The translations under genes and the position numbers were made by a program. Source: Candidatus Thorarchaeota archaeon (GTDB taxonomy: Archaea > Asgardarchaeota > Thorarchaeia > Thorarchaeales > Thorarchaeaceae). Taken from it: DNA of 30,059 nt. The notes under the pieces are model-generated. The model did no database searches, had not been told where the DNA came from, and saw nothing but the letters and a program-made list of their open reading frames with translations. Location: contig JBHLRZ010000034.1 in NCBI GenBank assembly GCA_048882045.1, forward strand, positions 1 to 30,059, read 5' to 3'. Of the stretch, positions 26,211-30,059 are shown one piece after another. Every line of letters begins with the position of its first letter. The first letter of the stretch is position 1.

Positions 26211-27440
26211 GTGAGTTTCAGTAAATCTGGGCGTAGGATAGTGTCCATTGAGGAAAATCAGACTAGAAAGGAAGAAACTACGCGCAATCCTGAGTATATC
26301 TTCGGAGCGGCTTCTTTCCTGAATGATACAGGGTCCGACATGATTGCGCCAATCTGGCCAACGTTCCTGAATTCCCATCTCGGACTCACAGAAGGTCATG
26401 TTCTGATAGTTGATGGTCTTGCTCTGATGATCACATCATTGTCTAAACTGGGTGCTGGGTATGCATCAGACAGGACTGGAAAGAGAAAAGGCTTCATCAC
26501 ACTTGGATATTCTCTCTCGATGTTTTCCAGAATTGGCTTTGTTCTTGCAACATATGGGTATCAGTTCCTGCAGATTGTGGTCTGGAAATCAATGGACAGA
26601 TTAGGCAAGATGCGCGGGCCCCCTCGAGATGCAATCGTGGCTGGTCATGTCACTGAGAAGGAGAGAGGGAGTGCTTTTGGTATACTTCGGGCACTCGATA
26701 CCGCTGGGGCAGTTCTAGGGACATTTATCACGTTCCTCTTCTTCGGGTATCTTGGATACATTGGCGTCATCCTCTTGGCCGCAATCCCGACGGCAGGATC
26801 AGTCATTGTAGTTTCAGTCCTCGTGAAAGAAAAGCGAGGTAAGGACGTCTTCAGAGGGGTCAGCTTCGGAGGACTTGACAGGAATCTGAAAATCTTCCTG
26901 CTGGCATCTGTCATCTTTGCTTTAGCTACATTCAGCTACTCGTTGCTTATCTTTCTCTCTGAAAGCTATGGATACAATGTTCAACAGCAGACACTGCTTT
27001 ATCTGCTGTTCACCAGTGTCTATGCTGCCTCCGCATATCCCTTTGGCAGGCTTTCAGATACGTATGGAAGAAAACCCATACTTGTCGTGGCATTCATATT
27101 TCTGATAGCGACCGCTGCATGGATCTACTTGGTATTTGACCCACTGATGATTATCCCTATGTTCATATTCTTCGGTCTGATGAATGGTGCACTGGATCCT
27201 GTTCAAACAAGCTTCGTTGCTGACCTAGTTGAAGAAGAACGTCGTGCCAGTATTATTGGTGGATTCCAGATGGCAGTGGGTATCAGCGCATTTCCTGCCG
27301 GGCTCATTATAGGCTATCTCTGGGACGTCTTCACCCCTGTGGTAGCATTCCAGTACTCCATTGTTCTCACTCTGATAGCACTAATTCTACTGTCATTAGT
27401 TAAGACCAGAAAGAGAGATGGTGGACCGGGCGAGATTTGA
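26211..27440 (+). CDS. MFS transporter
   Basis: About 12 TM; G..SDR.G.RK and G.LSD.YGRK motif A copies; DR.GK.R.PPRDA. Exact start uncertain. Confidence 0.92.
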   Translation: MSFSKSGRRIVSIEENQTRKEETTRNPEYIFGAASFLNDTGSDMIAPIWPTFLNSHLGLTEGHVLIVDGLALMITSLSKLGAGYASDRTGKRKGFITLGYSLSMFSRIGFVLATYGYQFLQIVVWKSMDRLGKMRGPPRDAIVAGHVTEKERGSAFGILRALDTAGAVLGTFITFLFFGYLGYIGVILLAAIPTAGSVIVVSVLVKEKRGKDVFRGVSFGGLDRNLKIFLLASVIFALATFSYSLLIFLSESYGYNVQQQTLLYLLFTSVYAASAYPFGRLSDTYGRKPILVVAFIFLIATAAWIYLVFDPLMIIPMFIFFGLMNGALDPVQTSFVADLVEEERRASIIGGFQMAVGISAFPAGLIIGYLWDVFTPVVAFQYSIVLTLIALILLSLVKTRKRDGGPGEI

Positions 27441-27495
27441 ACTCGCGACCTTCTGAATGCGAATCAGACGATCTACCAGTCTGATCTACCGGCCC
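27419..27495 (-). tRNA. tRNA-Ala(CGC); CCA encoded
   Basis: GGGCCGG/CCGGTCC acceptor stem with G3.U70, TCTGA-TTCGCAT-TCAGA anticodon arm, TTCAAAT T-loop, ACCA. TTTTAA TATA-like box at 27524-27529. Confidence 0.96.
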
Positions 27496-27557
27496 AGTCT
27501 AGAAAACCACCTCAGTAGATTTCTTAAAACCTTGTCTACGGATGGTTTGAATCCGAT

Positions 27558-27851
27558 CTAGATCTCAATTCCGAACGCTTCAGAAAACCGTTCTATCCTC
27601 ACATACTCTTTGAGAAATTCCCTTCCTTTCTCCGTAAGATAGTATATTCTATTTTCATTTCCGTGATTTGCCTCTGTTATAAGGGCCTTCTCAACCAGTT
27701 CTTCGAGATACTGTGTCAACCTATCATGGGACAAATTCGCAGCGTAGAGTATCTTTGTCGGACCTGCTCCCTCCTCTCCCTCGATCTGGATGGCACGCAT
27801 CATGTCAGCTAGAATGCGCATCTTTGAGCGATAGGTCCTTTTTCTACTCAT
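27558..27851 (-). CDS. Archaeal winged-helix transcription regulator
   Basis: RS...I...M...I, T.I.Y.ANLS...L..YL.EL...LI, Y.LTEKGREFL. Confidence 0.9.
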   Translation of the reverse strand: MSRKRTYRSKMRILADMMRAIQIEGEEGAGPTKILYAANLSHDRLTQYLEELVEKALITEANHGNENRIYYLTEKGREFLKEYVRIERFSEAFGIEI

Positions 27852-28495
27852 TCTACTTTGCCTGCCCTTACTAGCATGACCAGTAGTGACAAGAATCCTA
27901 GGAATTGAGTCAGTTGACTCGATAGATACATCATGGGATCTTCAAGAGTCTGTGCAACAAGAATATGACTCAGTAGGAGCAGGAAAAATCCCAGAAGTAC
28001 AAAGAATGCCAACTCACTGCGTGTCGAAACATAGTTGACGATTGCTTGAATAACCACAACAACAAGAACTAGAATAGCAATGACCTCCAAATTGAAGTCT
28101 ACTAGTATGGTGGCAGCAAGTAGCAGATTTATGCCATTGCCATTCACAATCTCGTTATCTAGAGGTATTCGGTGGCGTGCTGGTCTTGTTGCTATAACGA
28201 ATAGTACGTACGCCATTATTCTGGACATACCATATGCAATCGTCACAATCGAAAACAACAACTCACCAGAAGGATCAGCCAATCCGAATTGGACAATGAA
28301 ATACCATGTTCCAATGACTCTCCCAAACATCCCAGCTGAAAGTACAAGAAATCCAGTCGAAAGGTCTGAGAGCTTCTTCTGTCCAGTCAGATTGTAGGCT
28401 CGAGTGGCATAGATAGTCACAATGAGGGCTATTATTCCACTGAAGACTTCAAAGATTAGGTCCAATCTGATCAGTTGCAATAGTTCGGTCTGCAT
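27848..28495 (-). CDS. 6-7 TM membrane protein translationally coupled to the wHTH gene
   Basis: Hydrophobic helices arranged as two similar 3-TM units (..GF.LL/VL..). ATGA overlap with the downstream gene. Confidence 0.8.
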   Translation of the reverse strand: MQTELLQLIRLDLIFEVFSGIIALIVTIYATRAYNLTGQKKLSDLSTGFLVLSAGMFGRVIGTWYFIVQFGLADPSGELLFSIVTIAYGMSRIMAYVLFVIATRPARHRIPLDNEIVNGNGINLLLAATILVDFNLEVIAILVLVVVVIQAIVNYVSTRSELAFFVLLGFFLLLLSHILVAQTLEDPMMYLSSQLTQFLGFLSLLVMLVRAGKVE

Positions 28496-28541
28496 TTGGT
28501 GACGCCTACCTTATTCTTGTCAGGTTTGGTCTTATTATCAA

Positions 28542-28573
28542 TGGATGAATCATCTATGGCTTTTGGATGAATC
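28542..28573. repeat. 10-bp direct repeat TGGATGAATC x2 (22-bp period) upstream of the membrane protein/wHTH operon
   Basis: Copies at 28542-28551 and 28564-28573. Confidence 0.55.
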
Positions 28574-28664
28574 TATGATATAATTCGCGGATGGTCTTAC
28601 TATATGATTCGTACATACAATTCGTTCATCATTACTTTATATCCAAACTTCTCTATATTATCTT

Positions 28665-28740
28665 GGATGGAAGTTACCGATAACTGCAGGAAGCGGCACC
28701 AACCGCTGTGAGAGGCGGGGCATTCCCCCGCCCTTCCATC
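28665..28740 (+). ncRNA. Candidate structured RNA (closing stem plus up to three hairpins), family unknown
   Basis: GATGGAAG/CTTCCATC closing stem, AGCGG/CCGCT and GGCGGGG/CCCCGCC hairpins, weak TTA-CCGA-TAA hairpin. TTTATA at 28636-28641; T-run at 28747-28750. Confidence 0.5.
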
Positions 28741-28817
28741 ACCTCGTTTTCTATGCGCTGAGGCGAAGAATGATATCAAATTCTATGACAACTCTACCTG
28801 AGACTGAGGCTGTAGGT

Positions 28818-29609
28818 ATGCTGGTTGATGTTCACAATCATTTCACGTACTACAATGAGGATATAGACCGTGCTTTGGTTGACATTCGTGAGAATGGAGT
28901 CCTGATGGTTTCAGTGTCAATCGACCTCCCATCCTATGAAGACACCCTCAAATTGACAAAACGTTCCGAACTAATTCTCCCGAGCTTTGGAGTGCATCCT
29001 ATCAATGCACACGAACATATGGACAAACTCCCTGAAATCAAAAGAATTGCTGATGAGGCGCTTATGCTGGGTGAGATCGGATTAGATCGAAAGTGGGCAG
29101 AGGACCCCTCGCATTTCCCAGAACAGGAAAGGCTCCTCGAAACATTTCTTGAGTCCGCACAACACCATGATAAGGTCGTGATTCTTCATGTAGCTGGAGC
29201 TGAAGTTGAGGTTCTTTCTATGTTGGACAGTTTCTCAATCAGAAAGGCCATCATCCACGACTATTATGGCTCTGTAAAAATGGTTGAGAAGATAATCGAC
29301 AGCAATCTCTATTTTGCCTTTGATAGAAGTTATCTTGAGGAGTATAAACCTGAGATAAAAGGTTGGCAAGAGCGACTCGATATTGCGTCCATGATTCCAG
29401 ATGATTTGATCTTAATAGAAACGGACGGTCCAAACAAACCTCCTCGAAAGATGCCCTATGAAGCATTACATATAGTTGCAGAACGGATTGCTGAGCTTCG
29501 AAGCACTAATCCTGAAGAGATAATTTCATGTTCGAGTACAAACTTCACACGATTGATTTCGGGTGATGAAGGGCTAGCTCAATTTACGAAAATTATGAGA
29601 AGAAGCTAG
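28818..29609 (+). CDS. TatD family metal-dependent hydrolase/DNase
   Basis: D.HNH, GVHP, GEIGLD, ILH, IIH, IETDGP. Start moved to ATG 28818. Confidence 0.9.
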   Translation: MLVDVHNHFTYYNEDIDRALVDIRENGVLMVSVSIDLPSYEDTLKLTKRSELILPSFGVHPINAHEHMDKLPEIKRIADEALMLGEIGLDRKWAEDPSHFPEQERLLETFLESAQHHDKVVILHVAGAEVEVLSMLDSFSIRKAIIHDYYGSVKMVEKIIDSNLYFAFDRSYLEEYKPEIKGWQERLDIASMIPDDLILIETDGPNKPPRKMPYEALHIVAERIAELRSTNPEEIISCSSTNFTRLISGDEGLAQFTKIMRRS

Positions 29610-29655
29610 GAATCCATAAAATCGCCCTCCAAAGGCTCTAGATTCGTCGCCCCTT

Positions 29656-29670
29656 GGAAAGCTTTTTATT
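29656..29670 (+). promoter_or_regulatory. BRE/TATA promoter of the rRNA transcript
   Basis: GGAAAGCTTTTTATT, about 325 nt upstream of 16S. Confidence 0.6.
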
Positions 29671-29689
29671 CGAACTCCTCGCGGGGGGA

Positions 29690-29990
29690 TTTGCTTTCGC
29701 ATCATACGGTGTCAGGCCGGATGCTGTCGGCGAGTGCCAAGCGATGATGGTTGGTGATTTCCAGATGCGAGTACAAGATGCGGACGTGAGATAGACTGGC
29801 ACGAGGTGTGTCAGAATGCCCTCAGGTCTAAGAAATGCTCAACAGTGTGCAGGTGTAATAAGGGTAAGCCATCTCTGCTAACCCCGTTAGGCCTGTACTT
29901 CATCAAGCTAAGTTCAAAGTGTGTAAAAAAGTCGTACACGGTGACTGAATACTACTCCAGTCGCACCTTGCTAACGTGTATGATTAGGAC
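29690..29990 (+). other. Pre-rRNA 5' leader (external transcribed spacer)
   Basis: No long ORF between the promoter and 16S; hairpins such as GTGACTG/CAGTCGC (29941-29964). Confidence 0.55.
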
Positions 29991-29991
29991 A

Positions 29992-30059
29992 ACTCTAGTT
30001 GATCCTGCTAGAGGGCACTGCTATCGGCTTGGGATTAAGACATGCAAGTGGAACGGGCT
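29992..30059 (+). rRNA. rrs: 5' end of 16S rRNA (partial)
   Basis: ACTCTAGTTGATCCTGCTAGAGGGCACTGCTATCGG...TAAGACATGCAAGT matches the archaeal 16S start (consensus TTCCGGTTGATCCTGCCGGA...CTGCTAT...TAAGCCATGC.AGT). Confidence 0.93.

Noticed and set aside
17212-27495. Integrated element bounded by the two tRNAs (their 3' halves are similar)
   Set aside because: The similarity is ordinary T-arm/CCA conservation between two complete tRNAs. There is no integrase, and the enclosed genes (pyrH, valS) are housekeeping.
28640-28745. Identity as tRNA-Sec, or as a c-di-GMP-I, fluoride or FMN riboswitch, or twister ribozyme
   Set aside because: Only fragmentary resemblance (GTTACCGA; GGTGATGG on the minus strand; TAAC...CCAA...GAGG). 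The required elements (UCA anticodon and T-loop, GNRA hairpin, P1 stems, twister L4 core) are missing.
1-30059. CRISPR arrays, IS elements, defence systems, and the many 60-170 aa overlapping or antisense ORFs in the track
   Set aside because: No regularly spaced repeats, transposase or defence motifs were seen by eye. The short ORFs overlap well-supported genes and lack motifs.

Overview
Gene-dense archaeal chromosomal window. The host is probably an Asgard archaeon (Thorarchaeota-like), inferred from a longin-domain protein, TATA/BRE promoters, an intron-containing tRNA, archaeal-type PyrH and ValRS, and a divergent archaeal 16S 5' end. It holds about 30 mostly housekeeping or metabolic CDSs (ECF S component, SDR, HDAC/AcuC, URO-D-like, PolX-PHP, PanE, PyrH, ValS, two OsmC, MFS, TatD), tRNA-Leu(CAA) with a 36-nt intron, tRNA-Ala(CGC), and the rRNA promoter, leader and start of 16S rRNA. 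No integrase, transposase or CRISPR array was seen. Four items are not explained by standard annotation. (1) A promoter-to-terminator operon of three 33-37 aa microproteins, missed by the ORF track, with Shine-Dalgarno sites overlapping the upstream stop codons (14444-14783). (2) A secreted protein with a thioester-domain (TED)-like module that may be circularly permuted (17597-19117). (3) A GC-rich, multi-helix RNA candidate of about 76 nt with its own TATA box (28665-28740). (4) A longin plus alpha-solenoid protein (5436-7535). All family calls come from reading motifs by eye; no searches were run.
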